From: Lepidodermella squamata
Taxonomy: Eukaryota; Animalia; Gastrotricha
Length of the DNA: 64,000 nucleotides
Reading direction: 5' to 3'
Assembly (NCBI GenBank): GCA_047495785.1
Contig: JBLDXI010000017.1
Coordinates: 1,798,001 to 1,862,000, forward strand
Positions 10,593 through 23,391 of the stretch are shown one piece after another. Under the pieces are notes generated by a model. That model saw only the letters and a list, made by a program, of their open reading frames with translations. It did no database searches and had not been told where the DNA came from. Positions within the stretch are counted from its first letter, which is position 1. Each line of letters starts with the position of its first letter. Position numbers and translations under genes: made by a program.

Positions 10593-13500
10593 TTACGCAT
10601 CATTTGGTTTCAAGACTAGAAGGCGATTGTTGGCGAACTCAGCAACGACGATCAAATTGTTGGGTAGGAAGACGACGCCACACGGCTCAAATCTAGGGTG
10701 GATGGCGTGGGGGTAGAACATGCCGGTAGAATGGCCATTTCGATCGAAAAACTAAAAAATAAATCGAAAAAATAAAAAAATATTCAATTTAGAGAAAAAG
10801 AGAAAAACTAAAATATGCCTCATAATTGCTGTGCAAGGTGAGTATGTAATGAGTTATGCGGAATTCGTATCGGATGTGAGGAGTTTAATTAACCATTTCG
10901 GAATTTTCAACCGCCTTTCGAAGATGTCTCTTTCTTCAGTTAATGAGAATAAAGGTTGTGTAATGTTCTCACGTGGTAATGTCGGTCGTCCAACTCAGCG
11001 CTTTTTAGAAAAATTCAGGAGAAGGAGAAGAAACTGAACGCGACAAGCAAGGCTGGAAAAAGCGAACACGTTGTCAGATATGCTATCACGAAAAAGAAAT
11101 CGGGAAAGCTTCGTCCAAATATTGTGTTACTTGCAGCACTCCAATGTACAACCAGCGTTACCGACCTACTTTGACACGGAAAAGTCAAAGAAATAGACGC
11201 TGTAATGGTGGTGAACATAAAAAGGGGCAAGAACGAATCTTGCCTTGTACGCTGAGAGACAAAGCATTTTATTCTTGGATGACTTGGATGAGAATGAGCG
11301 CTTAACATTGACAACAAAAGGAAGCTGGAGTCGAAGCCGAAGGTCTTCACGCGGAAGGAGTTCATGCAGAAGCAAATAAGCCTTGCGACTGCCCGAGAAA
11401 CAACTGCGCAAACCGTCGAATTTGTCACAAATCCGTTCATCAAAGTTCGAATTTCGAAGTAAATTAACTCTTATGTAAAGAAATTAAGATTCATTATAAC
11501 TTTTTCCTAGTAACTTTTTTGCTTGCTAAGTGTTCAAAGTGTGCAGTGTGCAGCGGAAGCGCCAACGCCTCCATCCCCGCCCCGCTTGGATTGCCTCTCA
11601 TGTCGTCCGATCGTGGCGGAGATTTGGTCGTTATGGGCAACTTCATATTTAATCAACAGCGCAAACTAAAAAACGGCTTCAAGTCTGCTGTCAAAGCGGT
11701 GGCTGCAATGCCACTATTGTCGGACGAATCCAGGGAAACGTATTTGTACCCAATGCCTCCGAAAAACCTACGGTACACAACCACAACCCGCTGCCGGCTT
11801 CGAATATCGAGCAGATCGCCATCAATCGGCGCTTCGTCGTTAGTTCATTGCTATAATCTGGAGTGTGTTGCTTTCAACTTCATTTATAGGAGCTGGTCGA
11901 TGCTGGGTGGACAGATGTTGCCGCCATCGTTACTGAGGCCGGGAAACTGATCAGCTGCCGGAAGTACGTGTCAACTGCTTCTAGCTAATGATTGGTTATT
12001 CATTCGCTCATTATTCATCCTTGCCTCTGCTCATTATCGTTATTATCGTTTTCCTACAGACTATGTCGCTAACTTTAAGAAGCGTCCCGACTTTCTCGAA
12101 TTTCCCGTGCGTTCACCAACCAACAGCGACGCTTTCCCGCTCGATAGCAGTTGGTCTACGATGACTTGCGTTAGTGACCGCCCATTCCATCGAGTGGCCG
12201 TCATGGATCAAATCATGCAGAATCCCGAGTGCAACCGTAAAGGGCAAAAATATATGCCTCTTCTACGGATACGCCCTGATCACATCCTGCCCGATCCTCT
12301 ACATATGCTCGCTCGTCTCACTGAGACTTTGATTAAATTGGTTCGTAAATAATAAATTTTAGTGAATTTCTCATGTATAAAAAATATATGAAATTTAAGA
12401 CGCTTCAGCGGCTACTCGAACTCGGCCTGACTGCGGATGCTGATCGCTAACACAAATCATCGCTAACCGAGTTTCACCATTCTAAGATTAAGCTATTATA
12501 ATTTTCTGTTATGATTGCCTCTCATGTTCTCCGAACGTGGCGGCACCGCCGCAGCAGAAAAAAGCGAAAAGAAGCCTCTATAATTACTGCAGATGAACTG
12601 GCTCAAGTGGCTATTGGAAAGCAAAACAGTTGAAACGCTGAAACAGTGATCACCTCCAAATCGAATTTTCTTTCTATTTGTCGTAATTAGCTGAGTGTTA
12701 CGTACTAGTGTCCCCGGTGATCTGTGCCAAAAGTGTCCCAGATAACACCACCTTACGGTATATGGGACATGTTTCTTTTATTTTAATAAGACATTAAAAA
12801 CTCGAAATGTCAATCAAATTTAGTTGAAAATGAAAATGATTTGAAAATGTATATAATTTATTTGTTTCTCTTCCCCGCGAGTAAACGTCTGTACCCTTTC
12901 GGGTTTTGAGGAAGGCGAAGGCAAGGCAAACCTCCCCGACAGCTCAAACTTAGTTTTGGAGTTGAAAATATTTAAAGCATTCAAAAAATAGATGAACAAA
13001 AATTAGCATTACCAACCTCAAGGCGGCCTTGATCTCTATCAGCAACAACAAAATTTCCCTCCGAATCGAATGCGAGGCCGCGAATGCTCTGCATATCTTT
13101 CTGCGTCAGCCGCTCGTCATTTCCATCGATCAAATTTTCAACGCGACCGTCTCGCACAATCAGCTGCTTCCGTATAACAAATCGTTTTTTCGTGAAGGTG
13201 ACCCTTCGATCATGGGGCGAAATTTCCTGCAGGTACAAGAAACTGTACGGGCGATGGATCAAAGCTCGGACTTTCGTTGCATCCTTCAAATCAACGCATC
13301 TCACGCCGTCATCAACCGCGAAAAGCATCTCATTAGTCGAGTGAACAATGCCTAGCCCCCACACTTTTTCGCCGTTGAACTGTAGGAACAGCTCGGGGGT
13401 AGCAGGGTCAACCGAAAATTTCGTAAAATCAGCTTTCATTTTGTAAATTCGAGTCCGAGCCTGGTCCGTGAAGTAGAAATGACCGTCGTGATAGTTGACA

Positions 13501-15089
13501 TCACCTGATAGAATCAATCGATCGTCCAAATCAGTCATCACTCTGAAGGTATTTAAAACATCAAACGTTTCACCCGAAACCACCTTAAAATTTAGGAAAA
13601 TTAAATAATAAAAAATTCAAATTGCGAATTCTTACGGTAATTCGATTTTGATTATGGACCATAACGAATCGATCGTTTCCGATTACGGGGCACTTAGAGA
13701 TCCAGGATGGTTTCATGAATTTGACAGACAAATTCGAAAACGCCGATAAGACCTTGAAAATCGACATGTTGCCGTAATTCGGCGACGTTTTCGCGTTGCT
13801 CGATGACGATTCCACCGGTGCACTTGGTTTTGCGATTTCAGACTCCCAAGAAAAATCTTCCATTGGAGGAGTCGGGGCTGAAACGGGCGGTATCACTTGC
13901 TTCGATTCTTTGGAAAATGTGAATTCCTCCGCCTCCCAATCAAGCGATTCCCGGCTAGGCTTTATAGGATTCTCTTTGCCGGTTTTTTTCTCCTCCTTAA
14001 TATTCCAATCCTCTTTCGTGGGATTTTGTTCAACACGTTTTTCTGGCACGGCAACAGGCTTTAATGTATTAGGGAGATTTTCAGAAATTTTCCCAAATTC
14101 AAATTTTTGGCCCCTCAGCAACTTTTCGGCTATCTCATGAATCAAGTTTTCCAGGTTTTGATTAAATTCCTTATCATCAACATTGAAAATATCGGCTGTC
14201 ATTGGTTTCGGCGACTGCGGCTCTTCGGCCTTTTCCACAGCTTCCAATTGCTTTTTGATTGATTTGTAACTCTCAATAACTTCGTTAATAGGGGTAACAG
14301 AGAAAACAGCCGGATTTTTCAGGTCATTAACCACGAGTTTCGTGCTTTTGAAATCGCCGTATTTCGCACGCGCCTCGACGATATCAGAACTCAGCCGATC
14401 GCGAGCCTCATCGACAAGCGTGTTTCGAAGCGAAAACAAGTGATCACTCAAAGTTTTTATAATCAAACTGATTCGCTCATCGATATGATACGCCAGTTGA
14501 TCAGAATCTTCGCCAAGACGTTGAGAAATTAGGCGGAAATCTACCCGGTTGCGAACTTCAGGCAACAAAACGCTTAGCTAAAATTATAAAATTATAAAAT
14601 TCGAAATTAAATTAAAATATTAACCTCACCTGGCGAGTCATGTCGAAAATTTCAGATCGAATGACTTCTTTGTGACGCCTTTCGCAATCGGAACAAATTG
14701 TTTTCGAGCAATGAGGGCACGGTCGACCCGGGTGAATTCGATGTTGGCAAGGTAGGTCACTAACAGGGCCACCAATCGTCGAATCGCCGCAGATCGACAT
14801 AAGTCTCGACAAAGCTAAATAATTAAAAATATTTTAAAATTTGCTTTTCTTTATTTTTTCGAGTTTTACTTCTTTTAGGCGGCTCCAAGGTGCACGCTGA
14901 ACCGCAACTCGGGCAGGTGAGGGAAGACCCAGCACCCATCCTACTACTACTACGGCCTTCGTTAGGGCCTAACTTGGTGATACAATCCGGGCAAAGGTAA
15001 TGAGAACAAGGCAAAAGTCGGGTCAGGGTAACGTTATCCTGGCTTTCCCAACATTTGACACAGACTGGATCGTCGGCACCTGAGGCCAT
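10593..15089 (-). CDS. TRIM-like gene B: RING, B-box, coiled coil, NHL-like propeller
   Basis: Exons approx 15089-14870, 14814-14630, 14577-13636, 13583-13017, 10751-10593. RING CVKC..PCSHYLCPDC..CPSC; B-box CQH..CPHCSKTICSDC..H; NHL IRGLAFDSEGNFVVADRDQGRLE|FFDRNG..IVVAEFANNRLLVL. Confidence 0.82.
12230..12352 (+). mobile_element. Transposase relic, RAG1/Transib/Chapaev-like motif
   Basis: GQKYMPLLRIRPDHILPDPLHMLARLTETLIKL resembles the P......D.LH region of RAG1/Transib-related transposases. Confidence 0.45.
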
Positions 15090-15288
15090 CACTAGCCTAT
15101 AGTAAAAATCTATGACAAAACGAAATTTCTCATTAATAGGTGGGTAAATATTATTTGAGTAAGTAACCAAGCCATTTCACGTCGTAGCAAATGATCATTT
15201 TTTGTTGAAAAAGGAGCTTCAAGAAGAATTTACCAATAAACAACATGCTTATTATTGTCAATTTTCTGTTGATTATCCAATCCTCCTT

Positions 15289-18200
15289 TTACATCGAAAT
15301 CAGAATAATCTGATTCGTGCTGTGCTCTGTGACAGCGACTATCGGGCTCGGCCCATCGATCAGCGCTATTCCACGCAGATCCGGAAGGCCTAGAACGAAT
15401 TCGACAATAACAGACTCTCGAGTGATAACCTGAAAGAAAAATTAAATAAAAATTAAATTTTTAAGGTGGAGCAAAATATTTTACTTCGATTTTGTTGAGC
15501 CTATTTAAAACCAGAACATTGCCGACAGGGTCAACAAGAGCGCCTCGAATGTCGGCTCGAGCTTCGTTCGGCGACTTGACTTGCATCAGAGCTCGGGCGG
15601 AATTCGAGTTCAAATCGAAACAGTGCAACTCCTGGCCGGCTTCAGTCGTGTAAAACAGCTGCCCAGACGATTCGACAAACCAGTGCAATTTCGCGTTCAA
15701 ATGGCCGGCCGAACTGCCTTGGTACACTTTGTACGTAAACGCTTGCTGCGTTCCGTCTTTCAGCGAGAAACTCTGAATCTCGTCGTCGATGATAGCGAAA
15801 ATCTCGCCACGAGATACGCTCAACGCCAAACCGGAAATTCGGCCTTTAAGCTGGACGAGAACAACCGGCGTGACAGAGTTCGGAGTGGAATTCGATCGAT
15901 TATCGCCAATTTCAATCTTGTAAATGCAACTGCTACGCCCGGCTCGAGCAGCTAGAAGGAAAATTTAAAAATTTAAAATTAAGGGGGACTTTAAATTTTG
16001 GTTTGTCCTGACAAATGTGGTTCCAAACTCTACTATACAGCACTTGATCGAAAAAACTGTTGACTTGGCCTTTGAAAGCTTCAGCCTGCCTCATATCTCG
16101 CAAATGCTGGCCCATAGTATCCTTTGCCGTAAATCATAAATACGCTATATACTCGTGGAGTTTTGCCGAAATCGTTCAGTTAAAGCCAGCCTCAAAATAG
16201 CCTAAAAATAACTAATTTTCAATAAATCTGGATGTTGCGATATTTCGAGACTGTTTGCTGATCTTGAGAAAGTTATGTATTTGCCTCAAGGAACCTCTCA
16301 ATGCGTTATAGTCGCGATTGTCGCCAACTCCCTAGCAGCTCACAAATTGGCTGGAATGCAGACGAGCTTTAGCAAATCAGCCTCTACATGCTACAAATGT
16401 GTTCTATTACGCAAAGATATACATAGAAGGTTTCTTGAGTCTGATCTTCGAAGTGTTGAATCGATTTCGATTCGCGGCATCCCGGCTACCCGGAAACATT
16501 TAAAGTTTAATCAATCCGTAATTTCTGAGCTATTCGATGACCTCTGGGTCAAATGACTCGACCGTACTTCAATTCTTGCATGAAGTTCTGAGCAGAGTGT
16601 CTATTATAGTGAAGAGCAAGATTCGGAAATCACATTTAATGACGTGTTGTCAAGCATTCTGACCTCTCATGACGTCGCATCCCCGTCGCATTTCGTCATG
16701 TGAAAACAGCTACCAACTTTCATAGACCGCAAAATCATCGCTCGATTTCTACACAATTTGGCCGCGATGACGATTTCGGAAGGAGTAATGGTCAAACATT
16801 TTGAGGAATGTCTCGATAATGTAGAAGATATATGTCGATAATGTATAGTATTGGCAGAAAAATGTTTTCCAACATTTAAATCAAACATTGCGAACGAGGA
16901 TGGAATTGCATCGGTGGTAGGGGGAAATGTAAAAGGGAGAATCTATATTTTCCAAGATGGCCATATCCGAAGCTGTAATAGTACCAAGTTGCAGACGAAC
17001 CTTTGGTATCTAGGTCGATACGACGGCAGCTGATTCTGAAGGCAATTTAGAGTTCAAGGTCGAATTGTTCGGTGATTTGAATTTAATCTGACCCTTAACA
17101 GTGATAACTAGGTTTATTAATTACACAGGCGAATACTGTCATCCAGAAGGTGTTTAAGTCCGACTTCCAATCAAGAGCCATAAAGGATGAAGTTGGCTGA
17201 GAGCTGAAGATGGCCTCGGCAGCTTACAATGGTCGCTGCATCTACCTGCGTCTTAGTGGCAATCACAACGAGCCGGTCGTATCGATGAAATAATAATTTT
17301 TCTCAATATAAGTGTCAATAGCCTCGTAAGAAAAGTAGGAAATACGTCGGCGAGGATTTGGCTTATAATCGAATAAATGTTTGACGGATCTTATTCCACT
17401 TCAACCCTGACACAATATATTTTCTGAAAGGTGGTGACTTGAGACAAATCCAAAGAACCCATCGAAATGGATTTCTGCTAAAATTGGTCGGCTGACTTCC
17501 ATTTTGCCCCTGAAAATGGAAGTTGGCCGACCACCCCCAGCCGACCAGGTCTGGGTATGGCCGACCATCTTGTGGTCTATCTCATTAGCTGTGTTGAGTC
17601 TGACAGGAACAATATCGAGTGACACAAACTTTTGGACTGAGTTAGCTATGGCTCGCTAAGGTTTTTCTAAAAAGGGTCCGCCAACTTCATACGACCATTA
17701 TACAAATTCGAGTTTTTACTCAATTGGGTAAGCAAAAATAGAAAATCAGAGTGTTAAAATACGTACCAAGGTATAATGTTCCATTTTCAGCATCCGATGC
17801 GACATCTCCAGTCAGAAGCAAATCCGAGGCAGCCTGTCTACTTCGAATTTTCAAAGTATCCACCAGTTTTCCATTCAAATCCAATAGCTAATTTAAATAA
17901 AAAAGACATTTCGAAAAATCAGCGCTAACATTTTGGAAATTACACTAATTCTGCATGCATGGACAACGGCGATGTGGCAATCGCCTTTGAGTGAAACTTT
18001 CGCCACACCGGTTGGAGTACGGATAGCGTCTCCGAATTTGTCATCACCGCTGAATTTCGCAACAATTTTCAATCTCGCGTAGAATTGAGAACTGTATTTT
18101 TCAACAGTTGCAACTGATTGAAAGACGGGACCAGATTTGAGAGAACTCGGCTGATTTTCCTTTTCATTCGCATGCTTGAGATTGAACAACTTTTCAGCGG

Positions 18201-18816
18201 ATAAAAACAGGCTCAATAAGTTATTCCGATCTTCGCTGTAGTGGAATCGGAATTCGTCGAGAAATTGCTGGTCTTCAGCGGTTTTCACCACCTTGTTCAG
18301 TTTTTCCATCAGTAGTTGACGTTGAGCAGGAGTTAGTGAACTAAAATCTGCTGATTTAGCTTCATCGAGCACCGAAAGAAGCGACGCGGAACGTTTTTCG
18401 GCTTCGGCCTTCGCGGCTATGAGCATTTGATGCCGCTCATTTCGACTTTTCGAAACAATATCTTGGCGAATCTTCGCAACTTCATTCTGAACTTCATTTC
18501 TCAAGTTTTCCACAGATTGCTTCAAAGCAGTCTGATCTGAAGGTCCATTTGTTTTGATCGCTTCTAGCTTCGCTAAGCACTGAAAATCACGGAAAAATTG
18601 TTAGGGAGGACTATTTCGAATATTTTTCCAACAAACCGAGGCAAAAATTGTTTCCATTTCTTTCTTGATACAAAAATTATGAATGAGTTCGCACTTTTTA
18701 CAAAATTGATCACCGCAGTGGTCACATTTGATTTTTTGTTCATTGTGATAGCAAGCATGAGCCCCTTCTTCGGTGTCGCTGTCGCTATCGTAGCCAGTCT
18801 CGATGCGTAAAGGCAT
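15289..18816 (-). CDS. TRIM-like gene C: B-box, coiled coil, NHL-like propeller (no RING)
   Basis: Exons approx 18816-18637, 18579-17944, 17887-17767, 15951-15485, 15429-15289. CYH..CDHCGDQFCKKCELIH; IRTPTGVA; DIRGALVDPVGNVLVLNRLNKIE|VITRE..LRGIALID..VAVTEHSTNQIILI. The frame is preserved across all junctions. Confidence 0.8.
16275..16460 (+). mobile_element. CACTA/EnSpm-like transposase fragment in a gene C intron
   Basis: IVANSLAAHKLAGMQTSFSKSASTCYKC resembles the AD.LAAH.LGGF..SF....CR.C motif of invertebrate CACTA-type transposases. Confidence 0.55.
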
Positions 18817-18905
18817 TATTCTTAATATTTCAAACTCAAGCCACTAAGTTTTGTTGAAGGGAATAGAACAGAGATTTAATGAACAGATATATTTAAGGTA
18901 GCTAT

Positions 18906-19555
18906 TTAGATTAGGGTAAATAATTTTTTCGCCCCCAGAAAGTCACGAACAGATTTTTTATGATCAACATTTTCAAAAAAATTCAGCTCATTAATATCAT
19001 CAAGATTTTTCAATAACTTGTCCAATTTTTCGATCAAGAAATGCCGCTGAGCTTGATTGAGATTGACGATATCAGTAGACTTGGCTCCGTCTAAAACTGC
19101 GACTAATGAGGCAGCCCGCTCTTCAGCCAATTTACGCCCTTCAATCATTATTCGATGACGCTCCTTGCGATTTGTCGAGACGATGTTTTTGCGTACATCT
19201 GCGACATGACAATTGATGTCGTCTTGCAAATTAATTACAGCCCCGTTCAGCGTAGCCTTCGCAGCATCTGTAATCACATCAGAAACCTTCGCGCTTTGAA
19301 GATCCCTCAATTTTTGAAAGCTCTGTATAAGAAAAAATCTTCAAAAATCCACCCTAAAAATAGGAAAAATCAAACCGATTCCAACATGGCTTCCATTTCT
19401 TTCTTGATTCTGAAATTGTGAATTAGTTCGCACTTTGTGCAAAACTTCTGTTTGCAATGTGAACAGGCAACACTTTGATCTCGATGGAAACACACATGAT
19501 GCTGGTCTTCCTGGTCCGAATCAGAGTCGAAACCAGTTTCAATTCTGAGCGACAT
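18906..19555 (-). CDS. TRIM-like gene D: short B-box + coiled-coil paralog of gene C, no NHL
   Basis: Exons 19555-19376 and 19322-18906. MSLRIETGFDSDSD..CSHCKQKFCTKCELIHNFRIKKEME is nearly collinear with gene C. The ORF is open and stops at FLGAKKLFTLI. Confidence 0.75.
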
Positions 19556-19650
19556 CTCAAAAAACTAAAAAGATACAAAAACCCAATTATGCATCAATAC
19601 TATGATTGCTAATTCAACAAGATCAAAAAGAAACGGTAAAACAGCATAAA

Positions 19651-20369
19651 TTAATTATATTGAAAAATTCTGTCACAGGAAAGAAACTTTTCAACGAAAA
19701 CTGGACGGTCTAGATTTGGCAGGAATTCAAAATCGCCCTCGGGTTCGTCGAGCTGGCGTAAAAAAACACAGTGAACTATTTATCGAATAAATTTTTAACC
19801 AACTATTCGGATAAATTTGTTCAGCTCAGCGGCCAATACGTTAGCCATCGATGAATCCAAGTCATTCAACGGAATGGATTTTGCTTCTTCAATGAATTTC
19901 CGATAACTTTCTTGACGCCCCAATGCGAAATAAGCGCCTTGTTTCAAAATTCGATAGCGTTCATTTCGGTTGAATTCGGAGATCTTGTCAGCAACTGCGA
20001 TTATTTTTCCGCCGAATTCGCGCTGCTGTTCGGCGAGCTTCTGCTGGATATTTGGGATAGCATTCACAGCATCTGCTTGTCTCAACTTCATTTCGTTCTT
20101 TCAGAAAAATACTCTTATAGCCCTCGAATTAAGACGTAAATAAACGAAATAACCAACCGATTCGAGCATTGCGTCAATTTCTTTCTTCAACCGGTGCTTA
20201 TGGGCAACGATGCACCCCGGGCAAAATTTAAGCATGCAATGTTCGCATTTAATCGTTTTAAAGCGATTGTGGGTACAGTTATCAGTCTTCAAGTCCTTCA
20301 GTAAATCAGCATCGTGAATTTATTACGAAAATTCAGCCCTAAAATCAAACCTACCATGCCGTTCTCCAT
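19651..20369 (-). CDS. TRIM-like gene E: short B-box + coiled-coil paralog, no NHL
   Basis: Exons 20369-20355 (MENGM), 20295-20158 (CTH..CEHCMLKFCPGCIVAH), 20097-19804, 19752-19651 (LDEPEGDFEFLPNLDRPVFVEKFLSCDRIFQYN*); all phase 0 GT-AG. Confidence 0.7.
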
Positions 20370-20585
20370 TCCGCAATCCTCCTTAAAACAAATAACAATC
20401 TATTTCAGAAAATCGGAAAATAACGCGGATAAAGGGTAAAACTTTATTATGGTTAATAATTGCCCCTGAAAATATTACGGGAAGATCGTTATTATTCAAA
20501 GCCCTATTATAGCAGTTAGGTAGTTAAAGATGAGCATTAAAACATGAGTAAAGATGTTGAGCCAGTTAGTCAGTAGTCAGATCTT

Positions 20586-22444
20586 TCAGCCAGACATGGT
20601 ATATATCATAATTCTGTTGCCCGCAGTATCAGCAACGGCGACCATTGAAGAGAAAGATTCTTTGAACGTAGATGTATCAGTCTGACCCCCACTAATCGGA
20701 ATACCAGCAGGCAAAACCGCAATGCCGCGCGGGTCCAGAGTGTTAGAAGCCGGCGCCAGTTCATCATGAGTGATTGGCAAAGGAAACGTCGACACAGGTA
20801 AGTCGACGGCGTATCGGTAAAACACCTGAAAAAAATCATTTAAGCCCCGAAATTTGCGCGAATCAACTAACCTGAAGAGAACGGTCATCACAAAGAATCA
20901 AATTTCCAGTCGCGTCAACGCAAGCAGCTCCAATCGGGACCTCTCGATGATTTTCGTAGTGGCGGCTAGATTTTATGATCTCAGAATTTTTACGTGAGTC
21001 TTCGCCAGTTGGGAAAGCTCGCCAATAAACCATTCGCCGATTTTCGTTCGAAGTGTAAACCAGGGTGATACCGTCAGGGAACACATCCCAGATACAAGGC
21101 TCAAAATTCGATGGAAAATTTGCAATTCTTCGGAAAGTCGGTACCCCAGAGTCCAGCGAATAGGCCGAAATAGTATCGCCGTCAGCAGTGTAGAGCCAGC
21201 GAACCTTTTGGCCAAGAGCTAGCCCGTTAAAACCACGATCCGTCCATGACTTTGCGAAAACTTTCGGAACCACAGTTTGTCGGTCAGATTTCGTCAAATC
21301 GTCATCGTAGGGGATGGTAACGATGTAGGTTTTGCGCGCATCCCCGACCACATACAGCTTGTTTTTATCAGCCGCGATGCTGTGAAGAGGCAAATTAGCA
21401 GGGTCATTCAACGGGTGCTTGACGTGAAAAGTCGTGATAACACAACTAGGTCCAACGGTTGCACATGACATTATCTGTAAACATAAATTATGATCAAAAT
21501 ATTAATGGGAATGATAATTCTTACGCTTATGCGATATTCGCCGTGCAGAACTCCAATTAAATGAGATTCAGGTAATGAGCAAATGGCATGAGGCAAATAA
21601 AGTGAGTCGCCAAAAGCGTCGTTTCCTTGATAAGTTGAAAGCAGATGTATCTTTGTATATGAAACATCAGGGCAGGAGTCAGATCGTTGACGAGCCATAG
21701 GAAGGCACACACCAGCTTGTGATACGTTCACAGCGCCAAGTTTCAGTGCATCGAAGGATTCAACTGCGCTTTCCAGCTCTGAATTCAAGTCAAAGCCGAC
21801 TCGAATCCGATGATGAACGCTCAGAAGCCGTTCAATATTTTGGGTAGTATGAGTATGCAGGGCCAAATCTTTAGAAAGTTGACCTAGTTGTTCAAGAGTC
21901 AAATTTTCAACGTTCTCGGATTGATAACTTTTCAGCTTTGAGCGCAGCTCTTCCGTTTCAGAATCCAGCTTCCCAAAATCGATCGTTGAAAACGTGGACT
22001 TCAGGCGATCTTTTTCAGCATTTACAGCATCTTCAGCCTCGCCCAGGATTTTACTGCCCTGAGACCACAGATAGGACGAGAATCGTTCGACTATGGCGTC
22101 TATTGTGGAGCCAATTTGCTGCTTGATGAGGAAGAGATCCTCGTCAAGAAATTGCGATGCATGCTGCATCTTCATATTGAGAGCTATTGATGGGATATCA
22201 GGAAGCTGAAAACGTCAAATTGAAACCAAATGACTAAATTTAGAACTAAAAATCTCACCAAATTAGTCGACGCCTTGACGACTTCATGTAGAACAAGATC
22301 TTTATGTGCACCAGCGCATTTATCACAAAAGTTAGAATTGCAATGATCGCAATGCAATAAATTTACAGCATGGTCGAGATGCGAACACTTTGAGAGAAAG
22401 GACTGACAGAGAGAACTTTCAGCAGCTGCTGCACCAGTCTCCAT
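20586..22444 (-). CDS. TRIM-like gene F: B-box, coiled coil, NHL-like propeller
   Basis: Exons approx 22444-22259, 22205-21525, 21474-20872, 20825-20586. CSH..CDHCNSNFCDKCAGAH; LYLPHAIC; CVDATGNLILCDDRSLQ|VFYR; LDPRGIAV..VAVADTAGNRIMIY. Confidence 0.82.
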
Positions 22445-23391
22445 GATCAGCTCAAGAAATCGCAAAACAATCAATGTCTAAACCCGCAGAAGGCCAGAAA
22501 GCATTAAATATTTGATGAGCAGATGGGATAGCGGTTAAAGTCAGATCGTCAGAAAAATGACGACTACGACACTGAAAGGTCTAGAGCAGCTGAAAGGCTA
22601 GAGCTAGATATTTCAGATATGCTAACTACATATTTTCTCACTACCTGCTACCTAACACCTGGCATGCGAAAGATTTTATTTTCTGCCTTTCGTGTCACAG
22701 ATGCTCGCCACCTGAACTTTCAGTTCAAAAACATTGTACTGTGGCCTTTTCTCGAAATGACAATCCCATTACACTTCACACTGATCAAGAAAGGATAATT
22801 CATTCCAGCAAAATCAGTACAGCACCAACAGCAGCGATTCCAACCAAAGAAACCGCAGTAGGTAAAGCTCGAAACAACAGCCGGCCATAAGCGCCAAAAA
22901 CCAAAAATCGCGGCGTGGCGCGCCGTTCATAACGTGAAGGTCGCGAAATAAAAAATTGCGCTATGAACAGCTGTATATTTTTCATTAAAACTCTGCTTAA
23001 ATTTAATACGATTAGAGCCTGTTAACTCTGGTAAATTGGTAAAAAGTTTAGCGTCAAGTCATGCGAATCGCGGCGGCCGAAGGTCCAAGGTGCGATCATT
23101 TATCGTTAGTCGATGATCGGTAAGTCGTCAGATGTTGGCAAAATACTTCAGGCTTTCATCGATGAGACCAACAAATAGGCCAAGAAGACTGTAGGGACTA
23201 AAAGTCGGGGTCTTAGAACTCTAAATTGAGAGCAACGATAGCGGCAGAAAATATGTCGATGTTCACATGATGTTCACTGAAGCGTAAAATTGGATGATTC
23301 AGCCAATTTGATAGTAGAGGATGATTTATCCTTTCTCATATATCTCATTTATCAATTTTGGTCAACCGAAAGAGCTTGATTTACTTTGGAA

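Noticed and set aside
11180-11330. Chromodomain-like frame with several TGA codons, suggesting an alternative genetic code
   Set aside because: Surrounding genes use TGA as stop, and part of the TGA run comes from a 9-bp duplication (cttggatga x2); treated as a decayed relic.
22800-23260. Hydrophobic short ORFs between gene F and the nAChR
   Set aside because: No consistent exon structure or motif.
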